Shown one piece after another: positions 30,135-40,361 of a stretch of DNA of 64,000 nucleotides. The notes beneath the pieces are model-generated. The model worked only from the letters and a program-made list of their open reading frames with translations, was not told the DNA's origin and searched no databases. The stretch lies in assembly GCA_048941015.1 (NCBI GenBank), contig JBHLNZ010000001.1:1-64000 (forward strand), written 5' to 3'. Position numbers and translations under genes: made by a program. This stretch comes from Promethearchaeota archaeon. Its GTDB lineage: Archaea > Asgardarchaeota > Lokiarchaeia > Sigyniarchaeales > SOKP01. Every line of letters begins with the position of its first letter. The first letter of the stretch is position 1.

Positions 30135-30863
30135 TTATAGAAATTGCTTTTTTAAATATTCTAAAATTCTTAAGCTCAAATCTTTTTCAGCCTCTTTTTT
30201 TGTTCTATGTTCTTCAGATTTTAAATTATCTGGTAGAGATATTATCTCTTTATTATTTCGATCTAAAATTTTTGGAGATCTTGCAACCCATTGAAGCTTA
30301 TGTTGAGGCCCAATACTTTCATAATTGTATATTATAATAGGTGTTAATTTAAACTTCTCTTGGATAAACTCTATTAATTGATTTTTTGAAAGATCTATGC
30401 TTTCCTCCAAATAATTATCCCAATCGTCGAAGAATTTATCTATGATGGTTTGTTCGACAATTCTAAGATTATAATTTGAGTCGATATAGAGTGCGCCACA
30501 TATTGATTCAAATACATCCGCAAGGATCGATGTTTCCCTAACTTCTTGATTTTTTGAAGCAAAAATAAATTTCCACAATTCCATTTTTGTAGCAATTGTT
30601 CTGAAAGTTTGATTGCTTTCTAAAACCTGTTTAATTTTAGTTAGTTCTTCTGGATCACCTGCTCCTTTATTATATAATTTAATGCTAAAAATTAATTTAA
30701 TTACTGAATCTCCAAGCGTCTCTAAGATTTCATAATTCGGTAACCCACTTTCATTTCCATATTGAGGGGTAGTTAACGCTTGTAGTAATAATTTTATGTC
30801 ATTAAATTCATAATTAATAAAATTTTGAAATTCTTTTAGTTTAACTTTCGTAGGTTCTTCCAT
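30135..30863 (-). CDS. rnc: Ribonuclease III with C-terminal dsRNA-binding domain
   Basis: NYEILETLGDS signature, ADVFESICGALYID, dsRBD motifs KNQLIEFIQ, GPQH, TKKEAE. Confidence 0.85.
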   Translation of the reverse strand: MEEPTKVKLKEFQNFINYEFNDIKLLLQALTTPQYGNESGLPNYEILETLGDSVIKLIFSIKLYNKGAGDPEELTKIKQVLESNQTFRTIATKMELWKFIFASKNQEVRETSILADVFESICGALYIDSNYNLRIVEQTIIDKFFDDWDNYLEESIDLSKNQLIEFIQEKFKLTPIIIYNYESIGPQHKLQWVARSPKILDRNNKEIISLPDNLKSEEHRTKKEAEKDLSLRILEYLKKQFL

Positions 30864-30921
30864 AATCTTAAGAATTAATATTCACAAAAATTTAAAAACT
30901 TAAACAAGCCTTATTTAATAT

Positions 30922-31353
30922 ATGGAAAGAGAAGATGTGAATAAAATCTTAGATTTAATCGAAGATATTAAAAAAAAAAATTCTGAAATGGAATATTTTG
31001 TTTCAAATTTGAGCATTTTATCTAGAACTGATACACTTAAAGAAATCTCTCGAGATATAATAGAAAGAAACCCGATTTTCCAAGAACCAGAATTTCATAA
31101 AGAAAAAAATTATAAACCGGAATATATTGTAGATTCTAGTTCATCCATCGAAAACATAATTGATAATTTAATTACAAATATTGAAAAGTATCCTACAAAA
31201 AGAGTTATTTATCTCAGGATCTTTTTAGAACGGTTTCATGATATCTCTGAACATGATAAAATTGTTATTTTACAATCTATAAAAGATGAAAAAACAGAAG
31301 ATTTAAAAGATAAGCTCTTATCATTAGTAAATGCATTTAAATTAGAAATGTAA
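30922..31353 (+). CDS. Hypothetical helical protein
   Basis: 143 aa ORF with typical composition, no recognised motif. Confidence 0.6.
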   Translation: MEREDVNKILDLIEDIKKKNSEMEYFVSNLSILSRTDTLKEISRDIIERNPIFQEPEFHKEKNYKPEYIVDSSSSIENIIDNLITNIEKYPTKRVIYLRIFLERFHDISEHDKIVILQSIKDEKTEDLKDKLLSLVNAFKLEM

Positions 31354-31381
31354 AAATAAAATGTTACAATTTTGTTTCTTT

Positions 31382-31786
31382 TTAAAACTCAAATAATTTA
31401 AGTAGAGCTAGTACGTTTTTAAGCTTTCTTATTCTTAACCTAAATGTTAAAATTTTTACTAATACACTACCAAGTGTTAGATCTTCACTTGTTAGGAGAT
31501 CTACAAAAATTTGAGTTTTAGCAGATATTTTTCCATCCCAACCAGCATTTTCTCTCTTTAAATTTTTCTTTGGATTATTTTCAATTCCTTCTACAGATAT
31601 TTTTCCTTTATCTATGATTAATAAAGCGGCATATTTCCCATCTGTAGCATTCAAAAGCCATTTGATTTGAGTATCTTTATATTGTTCAATAAATTTCTCG
31701 TTAGTATTTAGTGGCTCAACTTGTTTAGCTACAACATTAGGAAATCCTTTCAATCTTGGTTTTTTTTCTTCAGACATAGTTACCAT
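31382..31786 (-). CDS. SCP2 (sterol carrier protein 2)-like lipid-binding protein
   Basis: Size and pattern (LIIDKGKISVE...DGKISA...F.DL...KILTFRLRIR) resemble SCP2 domains. Confidence 0.55.
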   Translation of the reverse strand: MVTMSEEKKPRLKGFPNVVAKQVEPLNTNEKFIEQYKDTQIKWLLNATDGKYAALLIIDKGKISVEGIENNPKKNLKRENAGWDGKISAKTQIFVDLLTSEDLTLGSVLVKILTFRLRIRKLKNVLALLKLFEF

Positions 31787-31937
31787 TTTTCAATATTATC
31801 AAAAATTTAATTTATATGATTTTAAATTATTAATAAATTAAATTTAATCTAATTTAAAATATTTAATAAAAATTAAAAATTAGCTCATAAATAAGAAGAA
31901 AAAGTAAACTAGCAGGTAATCTGTGAAATGTTAAAAT

Positions 31938-32198
31938 CTAATACCCATCAGCTTCAGTTATATCAAATAGATCTTCAAAAGCTTTGCGATCTTCTCCAGA
32001 AATCCGTTCTGATTTTAATCCCTCTTTGATAATGATTGGTGCTGTTTCTTTCTCATCATGCTTAATTGTTTTTACGATTTTATATTCATCTGTTTTTGGA
32101 TCTAACTCAAATTCCTTGTCACATGCTTTACAGTATAGTTTTTTATTCTTGGGTATTAGAATATTGTCACATTCTGGGCAAAATTTCATATTCGACAA
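31938..32198 (-). CDS. RpoM/TFS-like protein with the N-terminal zinc ribbon only
   Basis: MKFCPECDNILIP...LYCKAC; no C-terminal CPxC/QTRxADE ribbon. Confidence 0.75.
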   Translation of the reverse strand: MSNMKFCPECDNILIPKNKKLYCKACDKEFELDPKTDEYKIVKTIKHDEKETAPIIIKEGLKSERISGEDRKAFEDLFDITEADGY

Positions 32199-32500
32199 TC
32201 ACCGACCACTTACTCCTTTAATAACTTTACGTTTTTGTTCAATTCTTTTTCTCAGAAATAATAAAATAAACATCGCTTTATAAATTTAATGGAAACCAAT
32301 TGTAATGTGACTCAATCAGATATTTAAATTTTATTAATCGAATTTGTACAAAATAATTTTGTATTAATAAATTTAGATTTTCTTCATAATCCAAAATAGA
32401 TTCTGACGAGTCTATTTTTTGATAAAATAAGAATTTATACAAAAAAAAATATTTATTCTATGGGTTTTTTTTGAAGTAATTTTATTAAATAATCGAAAAA

Positions 32501-33223
32501 ATGTATAATAAAAAATTTCTAGTTTTTGGTCATCGTGGAGCAAATAGTATTGCTCCTGAAAATACACTAAAAGCATTCAAAAAAGCAATTGAATTAAAAG
32601 CTGACTTCATTGAATTTGATGTTCAAATGTCTCGAGACGGAAAACTTGTTATAACTCATGATTTAGATATCGAGAGATTAACCGGAGAAAAGAGAAATGT
32701 TATAGACATGACTCTAGAAGAGTTGAAAAGTAAAGATTTTGGGGATGGTGAGAAAATTCCAACCTTAGAAGAGTTGATTAATGAAACTAAAGGAAAGATT
32801 GGTCTTAACTGTGAAATAATTGTTAAAGGAATTGTTAAAAAGGTTGTGGAAATGTTAAGGAAATATGACATAATTAAGACCACTATTGTGAGTTCCTTTA
32901 AACATGAAGAATTATTAAAATTTCAGGAATTAGAGCCTGGTTTGAAACTTGCTTCTTTAGAGCCAACAGAGTATTTATCTGAATATGAATGGGATTTAAA
33001 AGAACAAATGATAAAATTTTGTGTGTCCAACAATCTATACGCAATCAATCCGTTTTATCCCATAGTTGATCAACAATTTGTAGATTATGCTCATAAGTAT
33101 AATATTAAAGTATTTCCATGGACAGTAGATTCAAAACCTTCAATAAGAAAGTTGATTAAATATGGTGTTGATGGAATAATTACTAATGATATCACAAGGG
33201 TTAAAGGGATTCTTAAAGGTTAA
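32501..33223 (+). CDS. Glycerophosphodiester phosphodiesterase
   Basis: GHRGA..APENTL, IEFDV, HD, WTVD, GVDGIITN. Confidence 0.93.
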   Translation: MYNKKFLVFGHRGANSIAPENTLKAFKKAIELKADFIEFDVQMSRDGKLVITHDLDIERLTGEKRNVIDMTLEELKSKDFGDGEKIPTLEELINETKGKIGLNCEIIVKGIVKKVVEMLRKYDIIKTTIVSSFKHEELLKFQELEPGLKLASLEPTEYLSEYEWDLKEQMIKFCVSNNLYAINPFYPIVDQQFVDYAHKYNIKVFPWTVDSKPSIRKLIKYGVDGIITNDITRVKGILKG

Positions 33224-33288
33224 AGTTAAAATCTATTAAATTTTATTCAATTTAAAAGGATATTATTTTTCTAAAAATGTGAATTTTC

Positions 33289-34014
33289 ATGAAAAGCAAA
33301 AATGAAGTGTTAATTATAGGCCATAAAGGAGCAAGCAAAACAGAACCAGATAATACATTAAGAGCCTTTCAAAAAGCAATAGAATTAAAAGCAGATTATA
33401 TTGAATTTGATATTCATCAATCTAAAGATGGTGAAATAGTAGTTATGCATGATGATAATACTCTTCAGACAACTGGATATGATGGATATATCAAAGAAAT
33501 GACCCTTGAAGAATTGAAAAAGCTAGACTGTGGTATGGGTGAAAGAATTCCTACACTAAAAGAAGTAATTAAATTATGTAAGGGAAAAATTGGATTACAA
33601 ATTGAGGTTAAAGTAATAAATATTGGAGAAAAAGTTGTTGATTTATTAAAGGAAGCAGATCTTATCGAGTCTTCTATTATTAGTTCATTTATACATAATG
33701 AAGTTATTAAGATTAAAAATTATGAACCTAAAGCAAAAGTCGCAGCCCTTATTCCTTCTCAAATTGAAGATTCTAGTAACTTAAAAAAGGTAGCCAGAAG
33801 ATTGATAAGGAAAGAAAAGTTTTTTGCAATACATCCTTATTTTATAGGAGTAAATAAAGAATTAGTGGATTATTGCTATAAAAATAATTTAAAAGTTAAT
33901 GTTTGGACTGTAAATGAACAAAAAGATATGGAAAATCTTATCAAATCAGGTGTGGATGGAATCATAACTGATGATATTCCCTTACTTAAAAAATTGTTAA
34001 ATAGGAATGATTAG
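33289..34014 (+). CDS. Glycerophosphodiester phosphodiesterase (tandem paralog)
   Basis: GHKGA..EPDNTL, IEFDI, HD, WTVN, GVDGIITDD. Confidence 0.92.
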   Translation: MKSKNEVLIIGHKGASKTEPDNTLRAFQKAIELKADYIEFDIHQSKDGEIVVMHDDNTLQTTGYDGYIKEMTLEELKKLDCGMGERIPTLKEVIKLCKGKIGLQIEVKVINIGEKVVDLLKEADLIESSIISSFIHNEVIKIKNYEPKAKVAALIPSQIEDSSNLKKVARRLIRKEKFFAIHPYFIGVNKELVDYCYKNNLKVNVWTVNEQKDMENLIKSGVDGIITDDIPLLKKLLNRND

Positions 34015-34136
34015 GTGAAATTAAAATAATCTAAAACTGAAAATACTTCAATAAATACCTATCGATAAAATATTTTAGTTATTCTTAATTATCTTTTGTA
34101 TATTTTAGATTTAAAACAAATAATCGTGATCTTTTT

Positions 34137-35609
34137 CTGAGAGAAGAACAAAAAATTGACTTTGATTCACTTTTTAATCCCAATGCAATAGGTATCATAG
34201 GGGCAAGCCATGATCCCGCAGGTGGAGGCTTTTTTGCCCGAGCCATGAAAGATAGATTTCGTGGTCAAATCTATCTTTTTAATCCCTCGCTAGCTGGAAA
34301 AAAACTATTTGGTTTAGATGTTTATAATTCTATTTTAGACGTATCTAAGCCTATAGATTATGTAATCCTGGCAGTACGAGCAAGCTTAGTACCAAAAATA
34401 TTAGAAGAAATTGGGCAAAAACAAGTTCCTTTTTGTACAATATTTTCATCTGGATTCAGGGAAGTGGGGAAAGAAGATTTAGAAAAAAAAGTTTTAAACG
34501 TAGCTCGAGAATATAAAATTAGAATAATAGGACCCAATTGTTTAGGAGTTTATAATCCTAAAGCTGGTCTTTATTTTGCATTAGAACAATCCCGGAAAGC
34601 AGGAAATTTTGGTGGTATTTTTCAATCCGGAGGAATAGCTCAAAATATATCCCATCTAGCAGTCTCGTATGGACTTTATGTTTCTAAATTCGTTTCTATA
34701 GGTAATTCTTTAGATTTATCACCAGCAGAATTCTTAAATTATTTTCTAACCGATGATTATACTAAAATCATAGGAATTTATATTGAAAATTTGCGATCTG
34801 AAGCCCAGGGAAGGAAATTTATGAATATGGTCAAACTTTGTAACCTTAATAGAAAACCGGTAATATTATGGAGAGCAGGTTATGGTGAAGCAACTAAAAA
34901 GGCAATCCTCTCTCACACTGGAGGTCTTGCAGGTAATAATAAAATCTGGGATGCAGTTAGTAAACAAACAGGAAGTCCTGAAGTTAACAATTCTAATGAA
35001 TTAGCTGCATTAGCATCAGCATTTAATTTAACTCACCTTCCAGATACAAGAAATATAGGTGTTATAGGTATTGGAGGCGGCTCTACAATCGAAGCTATTG
35101 ATATCTTCGAGAAATATAACCTTAAAATTCCCTCTTTATCCGACAAAATAATTAATAAAATGAAGAGATTCATTCCCGATGTTAATACAAATGTAAAGAA
35201 CCCTATAGATCTAGGAGGAATGGGAATTCAGCCAAATATTTATTATCGCACTATTTTAGCATTAGATAAAGATCCCAACATTTCTTCAATAGTATTCATA
35301 AAGGATCCAGAACGTTTTGGAGGTTTTGAAAGTATTCTAGAAGAATTGGGATATGGTGGTTTAGATTTAAATAGAGAATTCATTAGATATATTTCAAAAG
35401 CAAAAAATGTCTGTACTAAACCAATGTATTGTGTAATGCTTAAAATAAACGAGGGTTTTGAAGAATATAAGAGCAGATATAAATTTAAATTGAAACTATT
35501 AAATAGAAACGTTCCTGTATTCGAATCTTTAGAGCTTGCAGCTTCAATTTTAGATAAAGTGAATTCTTATAGAGAATTTCTTCAAAAATATGGAAAATAT
35601 CCAAAATAA
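34137..35609 (+). CDS. ADP-forming acyl-CoA synthetase alpha subunit (CoA-binding); true start lies upstream of the tracked ATG
   Basis: GPNCLG, QSGG, SIGN, SHTGGLAG (phospho-His), NPIDL. In-frame upstream sequence encodes FDSLFNPNAIGIIGAS. Start placed tentatively at CTG 34137. Confidence 0.8.
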   Translation: MREEQKIDFDSLFNPNAIGIIGASHDPAGGGFFARAMKDRFRGQIYLFNPSLAGKKLFGLDVYNSILDVSKPIDYVILAVRASLVPKILEEIGQKQVPFCTIFSSGFREVGKEDLEKKVLNVAREYKIRIIGPNCLGVYNPKAGLYFALEQSRKAGNFGGIFQSGGIAQNISHLAVSYGLYVSKFVSIGNSLDLSPAEFLNYFLTDDYTKIIGIYIENLRSEAQGRKFMNMVKLCNLNRKPVILWRAGYGEATKKAILSHTGGLAGNNKIWDAVSKQTGSPEVNNSNELAALASAFNLTHLPDTRNIGVIGIGGGSTIEAIDIFEKYNLKIPSLSDKIINKMKRFIPDVNTNVKNPIDLGGMGIQPNIYYRTILALDKDPNISSIVFIKDPERFGGFESILEELGYGGLDLNREFIRYISKAKNVCTKPMYCVMLKINEGFEEYKSRYKFKLKLLNRNVPVFESLELAASILDKVNSYREFLQKYGKYPK

Positions 35610-35646
35610 TGAATTAATCTACAATTAAATTTTACTATAATTAATT

Positions 35647-36606
35647 ATGGTGGAACTTAGCACTACTATTTTAGGAATTAGTTTGGCTTTAACCGCTACC
35701 GTTTGTTTTAATTTAGCCTTTATATTACAAAAAAAAGGATTAACTCAAGGGTTACCTGAAATAAATTTTGATGAAGGTATTATAAATGTGTTTAAATCAT
35801 TTATTGCATTTTTTCAAAATAAAACTTGGATAACAGGATTCATATTAGGGATTTTGGGGTGGTTTCCCTATATAATAAGTACGGGTTTGGTTGGGATACT
35901 TGTTGTTCAACCTCTTATGAGTCTAGGTTTAGTTATTTTTGTAATCGCTGCTCATCGGGTATTAAAAGAAAAAGTAACAATCTTAGAAATAATTGCAATA
36001 TGTTTACTCGGAATAGTACCTATATTGATTACAAGTGCTGGAATCTCTGATGTAAATATTGATCTTTATTCTTTCGTCGGACCCTTACTAATATTTTTAG
36101 GAATTACTTTATCTATTGGTTTTTTATGTTTTATAATATCCAAAAGGAAAAGAAAAACACCTTTGGAGGGACTATTCATTTTATTTACTGGTGGAATTTT
36201 CTATGCCTTTGGACTAATTTTTACTAACATTCTTGCACAAGCTATTACTGATGCTCATGTATTTCCTCTCTATTTTTGGGAAATTCTATTTGGAATTTTT
36301 TGGTTTGATTATTACCATTTATGGTTATTCTTAGGATTCTGGGGTATGGTTATTTCTAATATCATAAGTATAACCTTTTATCAGAGCGCTTTTCAGAAAG
36401 GAAAAGCACTAACTATGTATCCAATACTTAATTCATTTATTTTAATAATTCCTCTCTTAGCAGGCTTATTTGTTTTTAATCAAAACTTCATGAATTTTCC
36501 ATTATTTTTTATAGCAGTTTTCATTGTCTTGATAGCAAATATAACTTTAAGTAAATTCCAAGCTCAAATTGAAATTATCGAAGTTTCGAAGAAATCAGAG
36601 AATTAA
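35647..36606 (+). CDS. DMT-superfamily membrane transporter (NIPA-like)
   Basis: About 9 TM helices; LQKKG, W..G, VVQPL, LKEKV, QSAFQKG. Confidence 0.7.
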   Translation: MVELSTTILGISLALTATVCFNLAFILQKKGLTQGLPEINFDEGIINVFKSFIAFFQNKTWITGFILGILGWFPYIISTGLVGILVVQPLMSLGLVIFVIAAHRVLKEKVTILEIIAICLLGIVPILITSAGISDVNIDLYSFVGPLLIFLGITLSIGFLCFIISKRKRKTPLEGLFILFTGGIFYAFGLIFTNILAQAITDAHVFPLYFWEILFGIFWFDYYHLWLFLGFWGMVISNIISITFYQSAFQKGKALTMYPILNSFILIIPLLAGLFVFNQNFMNFPLFFIAVFIVLIANITLSKFQAQIEIIEVSKKSEN

Positions 36607-36667
36607 GAAAAATCTTAATATTTTTTGTTATACAAAACTAAAATAAATAAAATTATCTAAAACCTTT

Positions 36668-37480
36668 TTACTGTTTAGAATTTTTTAAATGATTTACTTC
36701 AATTGGACGTCCAGGACTGCCTTGATAATAATATTTATCAAGTTTTCCCCTCCAATTTTTATGTAAAACTGAATTGGGAAATATTACATTATTATCTGTC
36801 GTCATAGCATTGGGGCCTGCTATAATACCTGGATAAAAAGTGGTATTATTTCCTAATTTAAGTTCCATCATAGTTATTTTACCAAATATAGTATTAACAG
36901 CATGACTAGATAAAGCAGAAGTAGGATATATAAAAACATTACTACCTAGATTAGTTAATTCTAATCCAGCATAACCATCACAATATATAACATTCTTAGC
37001 GATTTTGTTATGGCTAATTCTTTTTAGTGCACGATTTAATAACCATGGAAAAGGAGATTTCGATGTCATCCACACTGGCATTTTTATTATAAAACCTCTT
37101 TTATGGTAGTATTTCATCATCTTCCCTTCTTCACTGTTTAAATCATCTAAAACTCTTTTAAAGACACCTTGTTTTGGCGGAGATTTTTTATTCCATCTAC
37201 GTGCCCAAAAGGCAGTAAACTCAATTAATAATATCAAATACAAGTAGGACAAGAATAAGAGAAATGCGGGTAGAATTAAAATATTAAATATAAAAGGAAT
37301 CTTAAATAGGATGATAAAATCGTATTCAAATAAGAGAAATATACCTAAACAAGGATAAAGTGGTAGAATAAAGCTTATTAAATTTATTTTAAAAAAATCT
37401 AATGCTGGTAATTCAACAACTTGCTTCTTTTTTTCTTCGAATTCTGTTTTAATTCTTTCTCTTACATCTTCCTCTACCAT
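36668..37480 (-). CDS. Membrane protein with left-handed beta-helix (acyltransferase-like) domain
   Basis: Two N-terminal TM helices, hexapeptide-like repeats (IAKNVI, LGSNVF, LGNNTT), C-terminal GSPGR. Confidence 0.6.
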   Translation of the reverse strand: MVEEDVRERIKTEFEEKKKQVVELPALDFFKINLISFILPLYPCLGIFLLFEYDFIILFKIPFIFNILILPAFLLFLSYLYLILLIEFTAFWARRWNKKSPPKQGVFKRVLDDLNSEEGKMMKYYHKRGFIIKMPVWMTSKSPFPWLLNRALKRISHNKIAKNVIYCDGYAGLELTNLGSNVFIYPTSALSSHAVNTIFGKITMMELKLGNNTTFYPGIIAGPNAMTTDNNVIFPNSVLHKNWRGKLDKYYYQGSPGRPIEVNHLKNSKQ

Positions 37481-37567
37481 AGTATTAATATTATTGTTCT
37501 GTTATTAAAAATTATTTGTTATTAATGGAATCAAATAATTAAGTTAAAAAAAATCCTACAAGTCTTT

Positions 37568-38830
37568 CTAAGCTGCTTTAAAGGTCTTTGGATTATCCTC
37601 TTCTATTATATAGTCCAATTTGTGAATATCTGAAAATATCCAGATCAAAATAGCAATAATTATAGCAATTAATATGTTTATAAGGTATACTGCTTTAAGG
37701 TTGATCAGTTCTGCTAAAAATCCTCCTGTTAATGAGCCTAAAGGTATAATCGCAAATGTTATTGAATGATCTAAAGAGACGATTCTCCCAACTTTATCCT
37801 TAGGAACAGCAATTTGTAAAATAGTCATATAATTAATCAATATAAAATTAAATGAAAGTCCTGAAATAAATAGTCCAATTCCCACAATTATAAAAAATCT
37901 ATACGGAGAAAAAACCAGAAAAGAGTATCCACCAAATATAGAAATACTTCCAATCATTATAATCAATGTTTTCCGTTTCCATTCTTTCTTAAATGAATTA
38001 ATAAAACTTCCAACAATATTTCCTACTGACATAAAAGAACTAATAAATGCTAATTCAATGGCAGTTCCATTATGAATCTTTTTAACAAATAGTGGTAACA
38101 AATCTGAGAATGGGCGGTTTAAAAAGTTTAATAACATCGCTAAAAAAATTAAACTCAATAAACCTGGAGCAGATTTTACAGCTTTTAATCCTATTTTAAA
38201 TTCTTTAAAAAATGAAGTTTTTTCTTTATGATCTTTTGGTAATCCTACTCTAGGAATTGTAATAATCAAGATAGGAACTAATGCAATTATAAAAGTTATA
38301 ATATCTATCATAAAAATTTGATTGATTGGAAAAAATTCGTAAAGTGCTCCTGCTAAAATTGGACCAATGGTATAAATCAAACTTGAAAAAAATAAGTTTA
38401 TTGAATTAACCCTATTTAATCTCTGTTTTGGAACCATAGAAGGGATAATTGCATTAAAGGTGGGAACGTGAAAAGATTGAAGAACGCTGCGGCTGGTATT
38501 GACAATTAAAACAAGCCAAATGTCAGCAAGATTAAACGTAAATAATATAAATAATCCAAAAGTAACAACCGCTTGAAATGAATCAACTAATATAATGATA
38601 AACTTCCGACTTATTTTATCTGATAAAACTCCCGCAATCGGAGCAATAATTATTTGGGGTAGGAAATATAATACTGATGAAATTGCAAGATAAAAAGCAC
38701 TATCGGTCTCAACAGCAATCCACCAACTAATTATAAAATATACTATTGAAGAACCTAATAATGAAAATTCTTGTCCCAAAAGAAAATAATAGAAATTTCT
38801 ATAGGTTTTTCGATCTTCCACTTTTATCAC
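37568..38830 (-). CDS. MFS transporter (MefA/DHA3-like)
   Basis: GQEFSLLGS, APIAGVLSDK, 12 TM helices. Confidence 0.88.
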   Translation of the reverse strand: MIKVEDRKTYRNFYYFLLGQEFSLLGSSIVYFIISWWIAVETDSAFYLAISSVLYFLPQIIIAPIAGVLSDKISRKFIIILVDSFQAVVTFGLFILFTFNLADIWLVLIVNTSRSVLQSFHVPTFNAIIPSMVPKQRLNRVNSINLFFSSLIYTIGPILAGALYEFFPINQIFMIDIITFIIALVPILIITIPRVGLPKDHKEKTSFFKEFKIGLKAVKSAPGLLSLIFLAMLLNFLNRPFSDLLPLFVKKIHNGTAIELAFISSFMSVGNIVGSFINSFKKEWKRKTLIIMIGSISIFGGYSFLVFSPYRFFIIVGIGLFISGLSFNFILINYMTILQIAVPKDKVGRIVSLDHSITFAIIPLGSLTGGFLAELINLKAVYLINILIAIIIAILIWIFSDIHKLDYIIEEDNPKTFKAA

Positions 38831-38874
38831 AGTTTCAAATTTTCAAAATTTTATTAAATTACCGAATAAAAAAG

Positions 38875-40164
38875 TTATAATTCTTGATTTTCGAGTTTTA
38901 TTACTTCTTGCTTTGTAATCGGCTCGAAAGTTAGGTTTTCGATGCAATCTAAATATCTAATTTTTGTAAAGTACCAGATTATTATAGGATTAATAATTCC
39001 TGCTAATGAACATATAAAGAATAATGGAATAACTCCAATTAGTTCTGCAGCAGGACCTGTAATTAAAGCGCCAATTGGTGCAATTGCCATTGAAATTGTA
39101 TGGTCAATGGACATTACCCTTCCAATTTTATCAGATGGAACAATAGTATGAAAGATCGTTAAATATGTAGCTACTGTAATTGGGAATATTATGGCTCCCA
39201 AAAACCCGCCAATATACATAAGATAAAAGTTTCGATATGGAGCAAAAATTATTAGAAAATAAGCAGTAAATAGAAACATTTCTCCGGCAAGATTTATCTT
39301 TATCTTATTTTTCCAATTTTTTTTAAACGAGGTTATTAATGAACCAAGGACATTACCAATTTGCATTGAGCCAAAAAGAAAAGCTAGGTTAAAAGCTGTA
39401 CCATCATGGATAATCTTTATATAATAAGGCCATAAGACGTTAAAAGGGCGAAATATAAAATTAAAGATCATCGCAAATATTATTAAACTTAACATGCCTG
39501 GAATAGCTTTAACAATTAAGAAACCCTCTTTTAATTCACGAGAAAATGATCTTTTCTTAATAAACTCTATTTCCTTTTTTTGGTATGGAATTTTAATTAA
39601 AATTAATGGTATAAGAGCTATTGCAAAAGTTATTACATCAATTAAACAAATGTAAGAGATTGGAAACAACTCCAAAAGAATAGCTGATAAAACAGGGCCA
39701 ATCATGAAAATTATTCCATTAAAAAGAAAATTAGTACCATTTATTCTACTTAGTTTATCTTTGGGGACCATTGAAGGAATAATTGCTTGAAATGTAGGGA
39801 CGTGAACCGCAAAAAGAATATTTCGAAAAGTGTGTATCGTTAAAATTAACCAAATATTAATTATGCCAACAAAAAACAATAAAAATAACAAAAAAGTTAA
39901 AAAAGCTTGAAGAGAATCAACTACAGCGATAATTAACTTTCGGTTTAATCTATCAGATAATACTCCGGCAAAAGGGGCAACAATTACTTGAGGTAAAAAT
40001 ATCAAAAAAGAAGCAATTGAAAGATACAAAACGCTTCCTGTCTCAATTGTAATCCACCATGTGATTACAAATCCAATGATACCCGAGCCTAACAATGAAA
40101 ATTGTTGGCCAAACATAAAATAAAGGTAATGAGTAAAGCTTTTGTTTGTTGGTAACTCTTCCAT
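38875..40164 (-). CDS. MFS transporter (MefA/DHA3-like), tandem paralog
   Basis: GQQFSLLGS, APFAGVLSDRLNRK; clear similarity to its neighbour. Confidence 0.88.
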   Translation of the reverse strand: MEELPTNKSFTHYLYFMFGQQFSLLGSGIIGFVITWWITIETGSVLYLSIASFLIFLPQVIVAPFAGVLSDRLNRKLIIAVVDSLQAFLTFLLFLLFFVGIINIWLILTIHTFRNILFAVHVPTFQAIIPSMVPKDKLSRINGTNFLFNGIIFMIGPVLSAILLELFPISYICLIDVITFAIALIPLILIKIPYQKKEIEFIKKRSFSRELKEGFLIVKAIPGMLSLIIFAMIFNFIFRPFNVLWPYYIKIIHDGTAFNLAFLFGSMQIGNVLGSLITSFKKNWKNKIKINLAGEMFLFTAYFLIIFAPYRNFYLMYIGGFLGAIIFPITVATYLTIFHTIVPSDKIGRVMSIDHTISMAIAPIGALITGPAAELIGVIPLFFICSLAGIINPIIIWYFTKIRYLDCIENLTFEPITKQEVIKLENQEL

Positions 40165-40361
40165 AATTAATTTTACTCGAATTAGTTATTTAGGATTAGT
40201 GTTAGTTCCATAAATAGATTTAGTTGAGAAACTTCATTAAAAGTATGAATTAAGTCTGAAGTAATTAGAAAAAAATAATTTGAAAATAAATGGATTTTTA
40301 AATCTGTAAGATGAATTAGTAATTACTATTTCACTTAATATACAGAAAACTGGAACAAAAA

